Shown here in pieces: positions 46,155 through 59,100 of a stretch of DNA of 64,000 bases. The position numbers were made by a program, and so were the translations under genes. The DNA lies in NCBI RefSeq assembly GCF_000150275.1, contig NW_002060961.1, positions 391,361-455,360 of the forward strand, in the 5' to 3' direction. Under the pieces are notes generated by a model. That model did no database searches, was not told the DNA's origin, and saw only the letters and a list, made by a program, of their open reading frames with translations. Within the stretch, counting starts at the first letter, position 1, and every line of letters starts with the position of its first letter. Source of the DNA: Trichoplax adhaerens. Its lineage: Eukaryota; Animalia; Placozoa.

Positions 46155-46519
46155 GGGCCATGAGCGTGCCAAAATTGACTGTAGAATACAGTAGCAAAAA
46201 TGATGTCACCTGACCCTTTCTCAGGTCTAAATGACTGACTAATACAGTCATACAGGTCTCTGTCATACAGAACAGTATTGAACATTACAGTACATATACA
46301 GTAGTAAACACAATATAAAGTACCGTACCGGATACTGTACAATGTACTGTAGTGCACATCGATTAAAATTGCGTGGAACAGGATCTCGTTGAAAGCTCGA
46401 TCAGATTGCAAATGTTGAACTGATTGAACTCAGCAGCCCAATTCTGGATATAGCAATCCAGGTAAAGCAGCTTACAAACGATATACTAACCTATGAGACG
46501 GTGACGAATCCTATACACA

Positions 46520-48122
46520 ATGAATCGTACTAGCGATCCTCGATGGCGTGATTACTATCATTACTGGTATAATAATAATAATAATAATAATAGTAACTAT
46601 TATCCTTATTGCAACTGGCTGCCAAATTATCACACCATACCTCCCCAATTCAATCATAGTTATAATAATCATTATTATAATCAGTACTACTACTACTATA
46701 GTTATTATAATCAGTATTATTGGAATTATTGGAATCAAGTACACGATTATCATTCAGAATCACCCTCTGATGAAAGATGGCTACCTTATGGACATCACCA
46801 GCCTAATAAGGCTGAATACGAGTATGATCCTTCCCAATATAATCATGACGAGTATCTTAATGATCCATATCTAGTGAATAACAACAGGTTTTCAGGTATG
46901 CATCGTAATTCCCACATAGTGCACTTTGCTAGATTATTCTGTTTATAATAACTAGTACTAAAACTCAATCTAACAACGGGTGCTAACATCAGTATCTGAT
47001 TTATTATGCACTGACATCGCGTCATTTTTATGATGAGAGAGTGTTTTGTACTGTCTAGTGGAGTCCTGAACCATTCATAGGCAGTGATAGTATTTTGTAC
47101 TATAGCAAGCTTTCATCCTTGTCTGGTAACTGATGCATTAAATTAAAATTGATAAAAGATGACGAATTTACTCCATACTCCGATAATATTTACATGCAAT
47201 AGTGGATCGTATTATGCTACATGCAGTATACGGACTAAGCACACCGGTGATACCGTAGGCGCTGTAGCATACTAATAGAGTCTCGTATATTGTCTTGTAG
47301 ATTATATAATTATTAAATCAATATACAAATGGTATTTTGTGGAAGCATCAAGCCAAATGATATATATTTATTTATGAATAGAGACTACTTATCCTGCTGT
47401 AGAGGAAGAACCGGATGAAGTAGATGATGACAATGAAGGCGAAGAGGAACCAACATTTACCCTAAATGAAGTATTTCTAGAATATTTGATACAATCGGAG
47501 AAGCGTCGTCAAGGTATGAAATTGTAATTCAGTGATACTTATTTATCTACATATTGAAAGGGAGCTAATGTAGATAACGCTTACTTGTGATTTCATACAA
47601 GTGAAGTGAGTATAGCTACCTATTTTGCTATTAGAATCGATATAAAATTATTGTGAATGATTATGTAACGATTATACTTTGCCTTAAAAGAGAGGAAACT
47701 AAAAGAGAGACAAATGGAAAAAGAAGAAGGTACTTTGCATACAATATAATTTATTAGTACTTATTTTAAGTGTCGTGTATTATTAAGTATGCCGTTAGGT
47801 ATTCGGTAGTGGCATCCGAGTCTTTGTAACTTTGACAGTTGATGAGTGATTGTAATAAAGTAATTACTAGCGTTAATAAATTACTCTTTGATTCATAGAA
47901 GAGAAAATGATACTAGGAGTAAAAATAGATGAATCTGCCGAAGATGCTACTGATATTAGAAAGGCAAGATTAAATGAAAAGTACGGTGATAGTGCTATGG
48001 AAATAGAGCAATTAGAAACTCAACTTCAACTATCGTTTAATACTTATTCTGATAAAAATCATCCGATACTATGGCCCGTTCTGCCCTTAAATTTACGTTA
48101 TACGTCTGAAGAAGTGCAATGA
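46520..48122 (+). CDS. GEMIN8: Gemin8 (SMN complex subunit), 4 exons, with N/Y-rich low-complexity N-terminus
   Basis: Exons 46520-46895, 47382-47513, 47691-47729, 47899-48122. The C-terminus RKARLNEKYGDSAMEIEQLETQLQLSFNTYSDKNHPILWPVLPLNL matches the Gemin8 signature (YG..A..I..ME...QL.FD...D...P..WP..PL). Confidence 0.88.
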
Positions 48123-49581
48123 AAAGATAAAGTAATGTATTTGCTATTTTACATTATGGAAGTGAGATAAAATACTTCCTTTTCGTCATAAGATTGTATC
48201 TTAGTGATCATTCTTTCTCGTTGATAAAAACGTTTTGTATCGTATTGTATATATATTCGTTTAATTTAATCAATAACTGTACCATTACCGTTATAGACAG
48301 CATATTGCCGCTATCTAAAAATTTTCTATGGTTATATCATTTCACCTTTTCTTTGTAATTGATTCTATAGGCTTAAGAGGTAAACACTTACGGCTGATTT
48401 GCATGAAACTGTAACCCTTAGTTTCAATGTTGGTGCCGTTTTTGCACATCTGATGCGGTTACCGCGTTGCGACGCGTATTTTACATATAAAAAATCTCTT
48501 CAGTTCGGATGTTTAATTAATTTAGATTATATCAAAGCAAGTTTATTTCATATGATAACGGTGTAGTGCTAATTGACATAATGAGAACTAGTACTTTAAT
48601 ATAGGTATTTGAAGTAAAATTGAAGCGTCTTTTCATATACTGAAATCAATTCGTATAAGGGCTTTGAGGACTTCCACTAGCATCTTGGGGTCTTGAACAG
48701 TACGAAATTGTACTATTGTATGCTTTCATTGTAAGGCTTGCATTGGACGTCACTGTATGGTTTATCTAAAATATAACTTAAAATACTTTTGGTATTCGGG
48801 ACATAAAAGGGATATTTATTACATAATACCACATAAAACAGCAGCAATGATTTCCGCTGTGATATGATCCAAAGATGAATGAATGTACAATAAATATAAA
48901 TCTATAAGAATTAAAGACAGTTTATGATTTTCTAATAATAGTAGTGTATTGCCACTGCTTATGAGAAATTGATATCAAGTATCAAGTTCATTTCAATAAA
49001 AGAATCAAAGTTCACCCTTGAAATACACATACATTGCCGGTTTTAATCTGTGCTAAACCAACAATGTCCACTTGATTACTTCGGATGTACAAATGAGGAT
49101 CTATTACATAATGGAAGCTGTAGTGATTACAGCAGTGATTGCAAGATTCAACGTGTTCAATGAGTAAATGTAAACGATAATCTATAGAGTGGCTGATATA
49201 CTCAGTTTTCAATAAGATAAAAAGCTAAAATTATAAAATGTTTAGCTAAAGTATACTGTAATGTAAACTGAATTTACTCATACACATACAATTCCTCACA
49301 TTATGATGCATATACAACACAGGCATATCCTGACGTGTATTCGCACGCTTTATTATGAAGCAGTGTAATTACAAAAGGTAAGGTATGATTGAGATCAAAA
49401 AATCGCTGAAGTTAGTATATTGGTTAAGTCAGCCTTTGATCAACAATTTCAAGCACTACAGAAGACTCCGTAATAATTTATGGTAAACAGTTGCTATTTA
49501 AATCGATGTAATATCATAAGTACAGTACAGTGAGCCTTAAAGGCCGAGGTGAAATGTGCCTGTACTTCGATCAATTAGAAA

Positions 49582-52112
49582 TTATGGGCATAACTTGTTT
49601 ACAAAGTTTATAAATCGATATCCAAAGGTCCTAAGGAATGCAGGGCAACTTGGTCGGGAAGTTAGATACTCTATGGCCAAACGGTATTGATAGAAAACTT
49701 GCCTAATAAATGATCACATAGATGAAATGATAGTTAGTAGAGGTGGACACTATCTGCAGCATTAGGTCATTAAAAGTAGTAGTAGCTAAGGTACAAACCT
49801 AGAATATGGATTTCTTTGTGAAGTATAGCGCATACAAAGAAATCTGTAATAGACGAAAGGTAGCAAAATACTGCCACCACCACTGAAAAAAGATTTTAAT
49901 TACAGATTATCATAATTACATTTGATGTCGAATCGCATAGTTATTCTAGTAATAGATAATCCTTTATAATCATATAGCTCCTTCGAGTGAATAACATACG
50001 AAAACAATTGGAATATAACCATGGGCATCAAGATAACTTCAGTAGACGCAGCAAACATCATCAACATTTGTTGCTTTTGATGAACGTAACTGGTTAATCC
50101 ACGAAGCATCCTAGATGATAATGGATGTACAATGTAAGGATTAAGTTTCAAATGATATGTAATGTTAGCAACAGTAGGTACTATTATACATACTGGAATG
50201 ATCCAGGGCTAGTAAGCTATGAATTTGAAGATAATTGTATGAGTCAGTAATAGTGGGTGAATCATTATAAAGTCTGACAAAAGTAAGTTATCATAGCTCT
50301 AGAAAATTTTATGATATAAAAGAGACCATACAAGATATTCAAGAGATGCTTACGTTTAATAGCGTAGTTGTGAATGTACAAGCATGTAATAGAGCAAAGA
50401 TACCAACTGGAAATAAAACAGCTGAAACAGATAAAATCTTTAAGTTACCGCTTTTCATATTATAATTATTATTAATGCAATTGCAAATACATGCGCATAT
50501 ATAGTCTACCAATGTGTAAAATACTACTCTCGGATAAAGACACAAAAGCACAAATGAACTATTTTAAATTCAAAATGGTAAATCAAATAATGGTCAAGTT
50601 ATTAGTAACCTTTTTACTTACGGGTTATCGGCATATGGGCCATAAAGAGGAAACAGAACAAAAGATAATGGAAGCTATCTTCTCGAACAAGTTGGTTTAA
50701 GTATTCGCGTGACATTTGAAAAGGCTAAAAGGAAATAACACAATCGTACTACTCTTTATTTTAACAGTTTCAAATGACATAAAAGGATGGCTGCCACTGT
50801 TCTATTACTGATGTAAATTGACTAGACTTGAAGACATGAAAAAGAAACAGAATAGAAGATAATAGAAGCTATCTTCTCGAACAAGTCGGTTAAAGCATTC
50901 GCGTGATATTTGCAAAGACTCTTACAGAAAGAATACAATCATACTAGCTTTCGTTTGATAGGTTAGGAATGAAATAAAATGATGAAGGTCTCCCGTCCCA
51001 TTCATGATGTTAATTGACTGGACTTTAAAGTTGATGAAAACTTGAGGTACAATACAAAAACAGTAACTATATACCGTACAATAGCATGTAGAAGTACTAC
51101 AACACATCTATTTAATAGTTATAAAGCAAAATTGAATTATTGATTTTGGACAGTAAACATTAGCAATATTGATTACTTCGTGTGTACGCTCATATCTCAT
51201 TAATTCAATGGCTATATTTACCCACTACATGATAATCTAGGGACGAATACTAGATAAAAATTGATAGTTTAATGCACACAATTTTTTGGTTCGTTAATTA
51301 AAATTGGATTAACGTTTAATTTAATATGAAATCTACAATACGAACGTTGATGAACTATGGACAGGTACACTACTATCACAAAATACCCGTTGCATGATCA
51401 TTAAATGATTTAACATAACTGATGTGAATTTTCATAAACATACAAGATGGCACATCAGATACTTAAAATTTGGATAGCAAGGCTTACAATCGGTAAGTAC
51501 ATCAATACACGGTGATTACATTGCTAGTTCTAATTACCGGAGAACGTTGATAAGTTCGTATGGAGGAAGTAATGGCACCACACATTATTGCTCTTCTGTA
51601 GTGTACTAGTTGAATTCTAGCGTAGAATAGGTAAAAAATTCATTTTCTCTTTATTAGAGCGTCTGTCTAGAGAATTTGATGGCGATACTATTTGCTCATT
51701 ATTTCTAAAATTACGATCGTTTTTTCGTTATCATGGAAGTATTTTGTTGATTCTGTTCTTATTGCCTTATTCTCTATGCTCATATATATACAGTATATGC
51801 GAGTATACAGTACAGTAAATGCAAAAGAAAATTCCGACGTTTACAATAACTTACCCAGTAATAGGAAGAATATAAAAGATGCAACTCCATACTGTTACAA
51901 TTCTGGAGATCCACATACAAGTCTGCAATTTATTCTGGGTTAAAAATTCCTATCCAAGAAGGTAAATGAACAAGGGATTAATTCAGAATTGATTGATTTT
52001 CACTTTCATGTCGTTTCGACTATAGTGGATAGTAGAGCTATACAGTTCCATCACGCATTGAACTATGCAATACACTAGAGTGGTGAACAAAGATATTCTC
52101 CTCGTTGCTCAT
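49582..52112 (-). CDS. TMEM33: TMEM33 / Pom33 / Kr-h2 family ER and nuclear-envelope membrane protein, ~9 exons (first exon 52074-52112 tentative)
   Basis: EFLTQNKLQTCMWISRIVTV..LPITG; YRRAIMCGAITSSIRTYQR; FQMSREYLNQLVREDSFHYLLFC; FPVGIFALLHA; EVILMP; LLPFVYYRFLCMRYTSQRNPYSR; PSCPAFLR..KLCP* (stop at 49582-49584). Confidence 0.92.
50805..50918 (-). other. Tandem duplicate of the TMEM33 exon at 50622-50724 (alternative, terminal or pseudo-exon)
   Basis: Translates SLQISRECFNRLVREDSFYYLLFCFFFMSSSLVNLHQ*, versus PFQMSREYLNQLVREDSFHYLLFCFLFMAHMPIT for the canonical exon. Confidence 0.88.
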
Positions 52113-53398
52113 TTATGTAGTGTCTATGCTCATACAAATTGAAGGATTTTTAGGATATAGTCCATATGAGAATTAAGATTGTTTCTCCACTAAAATACAT
52201 ATAGATCTCATTTATCTTATGGCAATTTTGATCCTATTTGCTGACAGGACGTATATACTATCCTACAATTGGACTGGTTGAGAGTGTTGATGCTACGATA
52301 GATAGTTATCGATTGCATCTCTTTCATAAGTCTATGGAACGTCATTAACTTGATGGCCTTAGCTACGCACGATTGAGGACCATCATTTAGAAATAGACAG
52401 TTTGATCCACGTTGATATAAGGACTACCAGTATAAATTGCAAAGAACTTGAAAAGTGAGGGAATGTAATTTACGCTAAATCGAAAAGGGATAGAGCCGAT
52501 TGAATAGGTTAGTATCTCTATGACTAGTTTGCTGATCATTGAGTACAAGTACCGTCATTGTTGCATAATGCTATAGCACTGCAGTTAATACTAAAAGTTA
52601 TATCAACAGTTACTCATTTATAGGGTGTAAGTGAAGGATTTTGATTCTTTCAGTCGGTGTGGAGAAGAAAATATGTAGGCTATCGCAATCGGGAACGATC
52701 CGTCTTTGTTTGGTCGGACAGACAAGGAAAGCGCTTTGCGGATCCCATTCATTTCACGTCCATGATCCTGTAGTGATGTCGCTGGCAGCACATTGATACT
52801 ATCTACTATTTGAGTGATTGAACTAGCTTATTTTAGGATGGATCCTATCCCTTCGATTAGTCGTCATGATGACTGAATGGCTTTTAGTGTAGTATGATCC
52901 ATCAGCATGATCACTTCTGTATGCTCTAGCTAATAAAGAAGCAAATGCTGCTGATGATCGTTGAGCAGCCATCGTCAATCCCTTTGATGAAATGGAATGG
53001 GAGACTATTGACACTACTGATAAGACTACAAAGAGGATACATCATCCATTGAACTTGTTCAATCCTTTTTTCTGTCGTTTATTCCAAGGATGGAATAGCT
53101 TAGTCGTCGAATGGCAAACTGTACAAGCAGAGGCATGGGCAAAGCGAAAAAGACAAATTGGAAATCAATGACATGATTGATGACTTAGTACAGCACTATC
53201 AACGGGGGGGGGGGAGACCAGAAAATAGTAGTTTCAATTCTTCCTTTCAAAAATTTTCAAGTCATGATCCTCTATGGGCTAAAAGCATTGGATGATGACT
53301 ACTCTATCGTCGTTTATTACCTTCATAGATTGCGGCCTGGTGGCTTGCTGTTGGCTAGAAGAACTCTCCGACATGTTGTCTATTCTGATCGACTTTAT

Positions 53399-53662
53399 GG
53401 AGGTTGTAGAGTGGAGACACTGTATCTATATACTGTATAGTGTATACTGTACACTGTACACTGTACACCGTATAATGTACAGTGTACAGTGCAGACTATG
53501 CTACAGTATTTTGCACTGGTTCAGTACAGTATGTACAGTACTGTAATGAGATCGTTGTGAGGTTGTACTGTACTGTACAGTAGAGTGAAGACACTGTATT
53601 TGTACGGTACACTACGGTATTTTGCACTGGTACAGTATGTACTGTAATAGGATCGTGTGACG
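53399..53662 (+). repeat. Two-copy composite repeat with ACAGT tracts
   Basis: gaggttgta..agagtg(g/a)agacactgtat..ctac(a/g)gtattttgcactggt..cagtatgtac..tgtaat..gatcgt occurs twice. Confidence 0.7.
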
Positions 53663-54265
53663 TAATCACAAAGCATCATTGGCCCATTCGACTATGGATG
53701 ACGATGATGGAAGATGGTCAAGTGTTGGATCATGCTGCCAAATTTCGAGAAATTTCCATGCCAAGTCAAGTATCGATTGGACTTTTACTGCCTGTACAAT
53801 CTGAAAATAAAATATAGAAATAGGTATCTAGAGACAATCTGTCTACAGCATTGCACAGGGTACATGTGTCAAGACTGCTGCATTCAATCATGACTTGGAT
53901 CATAATGAGTACAGGATGGAAAGTTGGCCGCACTTTCCTGTCTCTTTCCAAGTCGATGTTGGCCATTCCCAAAGGAAGAGAGGTCAAATATTCATTGATT
54001 GATGAATGAATAATGAATGATGACATGGAATTATGGTGTCTTACTGTATTTACGAGTATACAATAGTCGACGAAATAGACCACTGATGAAGCCAATACAG
54101 GAATTGCTGACTCAGTCGAGTCCAACGTCCGATGGTCCATCTATCACCAAAAATGACCTCAACATAAAACTGGTGTGGCCTAGGCTTTTCAAAGTTCAAC
54201 AATAGCTCAACTTTCTCATACTCCAGCTGCAAATTACTGCACTTTAGTAAGCCTGTTTGATAGAT

Positions 54266-54309
54266 CACGGACTACTAGAAATTTTCCAGGAAATATCTAG
54301 TAGTCCGGG
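54266..54309. mobile_element. 44-bp palindromic micro-element (copy 2), CACGGACTACTAGA...TCTAGTAGTCCGGG
   Basis: Perfect 12-bp inverted repeat cggactactaga/tctagtagtccg plus inner tttcc/ggaaa. Shares ATATCTAGTAGTCC with 24151-24195. Confidence 0.55.
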
Positions 54310-55243
54310 TACACTGTACAATATAGGCTTACTATAGGAAATGGCAAATTTTTGAACTTTCAAAAGCCTAAGCTATACCAGCTTGACTCGCTTGTTACTT
54401 TTGTATGATATACAACTATAGACTTCATCTCCATGGATTCTACTGAGTTCGGAGTAATATTGCTAAATGTGTGGGAGCCTTATTAGATAGTCTATCTTAC
54501 TGTCCTGCACAACATCCCAAAATGTGTAAAGCCAATATCGTATCTAATCGGTGAGCTATGTTGTCAACACCGGTTAAATCGCGATATCCATTTCATCACT
54601 GGTATACTGTACACGACATTCTGTTATACTGTAAGCAAAGCCAATATCAGCTGACTCAACTCCGTACTTCCTTTGATTGATGACAGTAACTAATTAATGT
54701 TATACGAGACCGCTATGACAGGTACATCGTCCGCAATGGCCAATACACAATTACCCATTTGTACAGTCGATCATTGCAAAACAGTGATCAATCAATCATA
54801 AATAGTTCAATTATCGTTCTAGCCGCGGAACCCAAGGGGAAACTGTGGAAGCAAAAGAAAGAAGGAAAATGCCAAGTTCCTGTATTGCAAAGGGAATTTC
54901 TATCTGCATCATATCTACCTGGGCATAATAAAAATCGAGTATCTGTTGATCGCTGATTGTGGATTATGACAGTATATGAGCTTAAGTGGAGTTACTACTT
55001 ACGTCCATGTTTGGACAACGTCAACAATTAATGAATACGACACTGATTGGACAGTAGAAATGACACAATCATAATGAGTGTAGTGTTGTCCTATAGTACC
55101 GTAATGTGGCATTTTTACCCGTACATAGGAATGGTGAATACATTCGCTACGGCGGTATCGCGAAACTAGAAAGGCTCTTATTCTGAGCTGCCATTAAAGG
55201 GAAAATTCTCTTCCAATGGAGGCTAAATTTTGCCTGCTACTGC

Positions 55244-55545
55244 ATTTGCATGACGTCATTCCTTTCCCTCCATGCCTCGAGCGCAGCTGCGCAATATCGT
55301 TCATACCATAGGCAATTGGGCAATGGGCATGCTTGCCGTAGGTCACGAGGTAAAGATCTCTTTGTCTTTCTTTTTCTTCGAGGTCACGAGAAGTGCCCGC
55401 TTAGCCAGGAAATTCGGGACCACTTCATTACCGTCACGGTCCGTTATAGTACCGGATCGGTCATGGACTCTAGGGCTGAACCGGACCGGGTTAGGTCCTG
55501 GTTATAAATCCACTTGGACTCCACACCAGTCCGGCAGTCTCAGTT
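55244..55545 (+). promoter_or_regulatory. Putative core promoter of the ankyrin gene: octamer overlapping CRE, two AGGTCACGAG sites, TATA box and Inr-like motifs
   Basis: ATTTGCAT 55244-55251 overlapping ATGACGTCAT 55250-55259; AGGTCACGAG at ~55340 and ~55381; TATAAAT at 55503; CAGT/TCAGTT 25-40 bp downstream; locally GC-rich; a 5'UTR intron at about 56008-56124. Confidence 0.5.
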
Positions 55546-56168
55546 CAAGTCGCTATGGTGATTTAGCCAATTCTCTCAGTCTGTCGAATCGGCTGTTTGT
55601 GGACTTTTATAGTAATTTTACATTGATAAAGGACATATTATCTTCGATCAAGGTGGTGTAGAGCTAGATCTACTTTAAGTCGTTGCTGTAGTCCATTGCA
55701 AGAGTTGCTACATTGCCAATTGGAGCCTATCACTACTAGATATACTGCATTGATTCTTTTAGCGATCTGTCAGCCGGTACTGGTCAGCCCCAACTCAATA
55801 TCCTATTGGGACCCTACATCCTAATTGCTGTCCAGGCAAGCGGCAGGTGGGTGGTGCGCCGTCAAGAAAGACTTAATTAGAGGATCCTGTCCTTAACCAC
55901 TTTCTCAAAGAGACGAATAACTCATTAAAATCGATTCATATCATTTCTCCAGAGCTGTGATACTAGCACACAACCATCAGCCTCTTACTGCTTAGTGGCA
56001 CAGATAGGTAAAGTAAGATCTAAAATTAATCAATTAATTAATGATTGATCGATATCTTGGATACAAGTATCAATTTCATGACTGTCACGGAGTCGATGCA
56101 TTAATTTATTGGCTATCGCTACAGGTGATTGCTCATTTGTCATATACGAGTAAAAGAAAATAGTCGTG

Positions 56169-59100
56169 ATGGCTTCCAATACGACCACAACAACGACTGA
56201 TCCTGGTCAGAATAATTCAAGCCAAAATGCTGCTCAAAATTCTACCTCACCACAAAATGATACGCAATCGAATGATTTAAACCTTTTTCGGAAGCAATTA
56301 TGGCATGCAGCGGAGACAGGTAGCGGAGAAGAATTTGTAGAAACTATTCGATTGATTGCTAAAACGATATTTGGAAGTGATTGCTATTCTATTCAACCTC
56401 TTATTGTTGGTAAAAACACTCATGATGATAATCAATCCGATCAGAATAAAAACGATAAAACTCCATCACCACAACGTCAATTTTCCAATATTCTCATACG
56501 ATCGAATGATGGCAATAAAAATGATAATAAAAATAATAACAATAATAATAATAATGATAATAACAATTACAATGAATCAAATGCCGTTAACCATGCTAGT
56601 AGTCAAATCGAAAAGGACAGGTTACATCAGAGTGCGTTAACTATCAATAAAGTGGGTTATGTTGACGAAAGGCTCAAGAATTCTAGTCAAGATAACCAAC
56701 AACAGCAATCATCTGATCCTAATCAAGGTCAGACTGCACAATTACAGCAAGAAACGAACGATACTAAAAACGAAAAGAAAGGCGATAATCAACATGTTCA
56801 TGATAAGTTGCAAGTGATACCTGACACAGCGGATACTAAACCAACGGCGAAAGATAGTCAAAGCAATCATGAAGCCGATAGAAATGACCCCACTCAATCT
56901 AATAATCAACTTGCCTCAAATAATATAAATATCGATAAAAACAATAACAATGACGACGATATCAATGCAACACAGAAGGATTCTTCGTTACAAAAGGAGA
57001 CCCAAGGATTGACTCAACAGGCTGATCAAGTTCTCCCTGCTTCCAATCAGGAGGAAGTTATAACTCTATCTCAACAACATCGTCAGTTAACTCGTGATGC
57101 AACACGTACTATTACTGCAAACTCCAATCAAATATCATCAGATGTAGATGATGATGATGATGATAACGATGCAAGTGCTAAGTCTACCCGCAATGATGAA
57201 TCAGCTGATGATCATAATAGTCAACTTGCCTCAAATGATATAAATATCGATAAAAATAATAACAATGACGACGATATCAATGCAACACAGAAGGATTCTT
57301 CGTTACAGGAGGAGACCCAAGGATTGACTCAGCAGGCTGATCAAGTTCTCCCTACTTCCAATCAGGAGGAAATTATAACTCCATCACAACATCGTCAGTT
57401 AACTCGTGATGCAACACGTACTATTACTGCAAACTCCAATCAAATATCATCAGATGTAGATGATGATGATGATAACGATGCAAGTGCTAAGTCTACCCGC
57501 AATGATGAATCAGCTGATGATCACCAGTCTTCATCGCAAGAGAATCAAACAACTCTAGAAAATAATTCCAATTCTGAGCTAAGCGGCACAACCAATGAAG
57601 AGTCAGCTGATCATGAACATGCTAATATAATGCAACTTACCAAGACCGAGCAGAATACTAAGGCAATTGAAAAGGAAAGTGTAGATGTTACTAGTGATGA
57701 AGATAAAACAATTAAAAAGAATACTGCAACAGAAAATGAGGATGACAACCAAGACTTGGATTCGAATGCTCTTACCAGTGTGTCAAGTAAAGATCAATTC
57801 AATCAAACTACCGCATCTAATAATTTAATAGAGGACGATCAAATTAAGAATTTAGATTTAGATGCAAAGGAAGCCAAAGCAAGTATAACTGAAAGAACAT
57901 CCTCTGATAGTAAGAATGATGGCATAAATACCCAAGGTAAGAAGGAAAAAGTAATGCAGTAATCATAGCAGGTAATAGTTACAGTCAAAATCAAGAATCA
58001 ATAGTTTTCACTTTGCTAATAATGCTTGGAATAACAATCAAAGAGATCTTATCGTCACATCTGCATCACTAGGAGAGAAAGATCAGCCAGAGTTTTCAGA
58101 CTCCAAGGATAGTGAAATACAAGCAAATAGAACAGAGAAACTATTTCCTGCAACTAAGAGTAATGAAGATAGTGGCGAAGAAACGAAAGAGAAAGCTGAA
58201 GAGAGGTCAAGTACTAGTGCTATAATAGAAAATAAGTGTGATCAAGAATTAAACTCGAGCAATGCTAATGCAGCCACAATAAATGATCAGAAAGCTCTTG
58301 ATGCTGTATCTGATACGACACAAAAGGGAGGTCAGCTTCAGAATTCAAATACAGGTAGCACTGAAATACAAGCAAATATAACAGAAGATAAATCTTCTGC
58401 TGCTAGTAATGATAACATTGTTACTAAAGATAAGGTGGAAAATACTGAAGAGAGATCAGGTACCTATACTGTGATAAAATATAATAAAAGTAAAATTTTA
58501 GATTTGAATGCGGCAGTTAATACTGTATCACTGTTATAGATAATATTTAAAAGAGATCTAATCACAATGTCTATAGCAATAAAAAGCAATGATCAACTTG
58601 AAGACGCTAATTCCAATAAGAATGGAAGGCAATCAAATGACATGGAAAAAGTAAGTTCTGCTGGTAATAATGATAACACTCCTACTGAAGATAAGAATAA
58701 GAAAACTGACCAATCCGCCGCTACTCGTGAAGCCGATAAAAACAATAAAAATGTTACAGAAACTGATAGTAATGCAGCCACGCAGACTTCAGCCAACGAA
58801 CGTCGATTGGAATATACGCATGCTATGGTGAATGACTACAGAATCTTATGTACTATACTAGTTTTTTTACGAATTGATAGCAGTTTGGGTATTGTCATTA
58901 AATTCCTCTTCAAATTGTCTCAAAATGGTATTTTAATTGCTGCTGTTACAGCATTAATCTCATCCAATTTATATCATAATACTGTTATAGTTCGATAAAC
59001 TATCAAGAAATGAAAGTTGATGTAGATAAAAATAGTGCTTTTAATTTACAGTGTATGCACCTTATGATGCAGTTACCAAAGCTAGCAGTACTTTACATGT

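Noticed and set aside
46511-46874. Poly-Ile 'membrane' ORFs overlapping GEMIN8 exon 1 (similar ORF at 56356-56640)
   Set aside because: Alternative-frame or antisense readings of AAT/TAT triplet repeats.
48300-49500. Possible small gene between GEMIN8 and TMEM33 (ORF 49012-49212)
   Set aside because: No homology recognised and no consistent exon chain; more likely convergent 3'UTRs.
50922-51107. ORF as an additional TMEM33 exon
   Set aside because: It does not align to TMEM33; the exon at 50622-50724 supplies the conserved segment in the correct phase.
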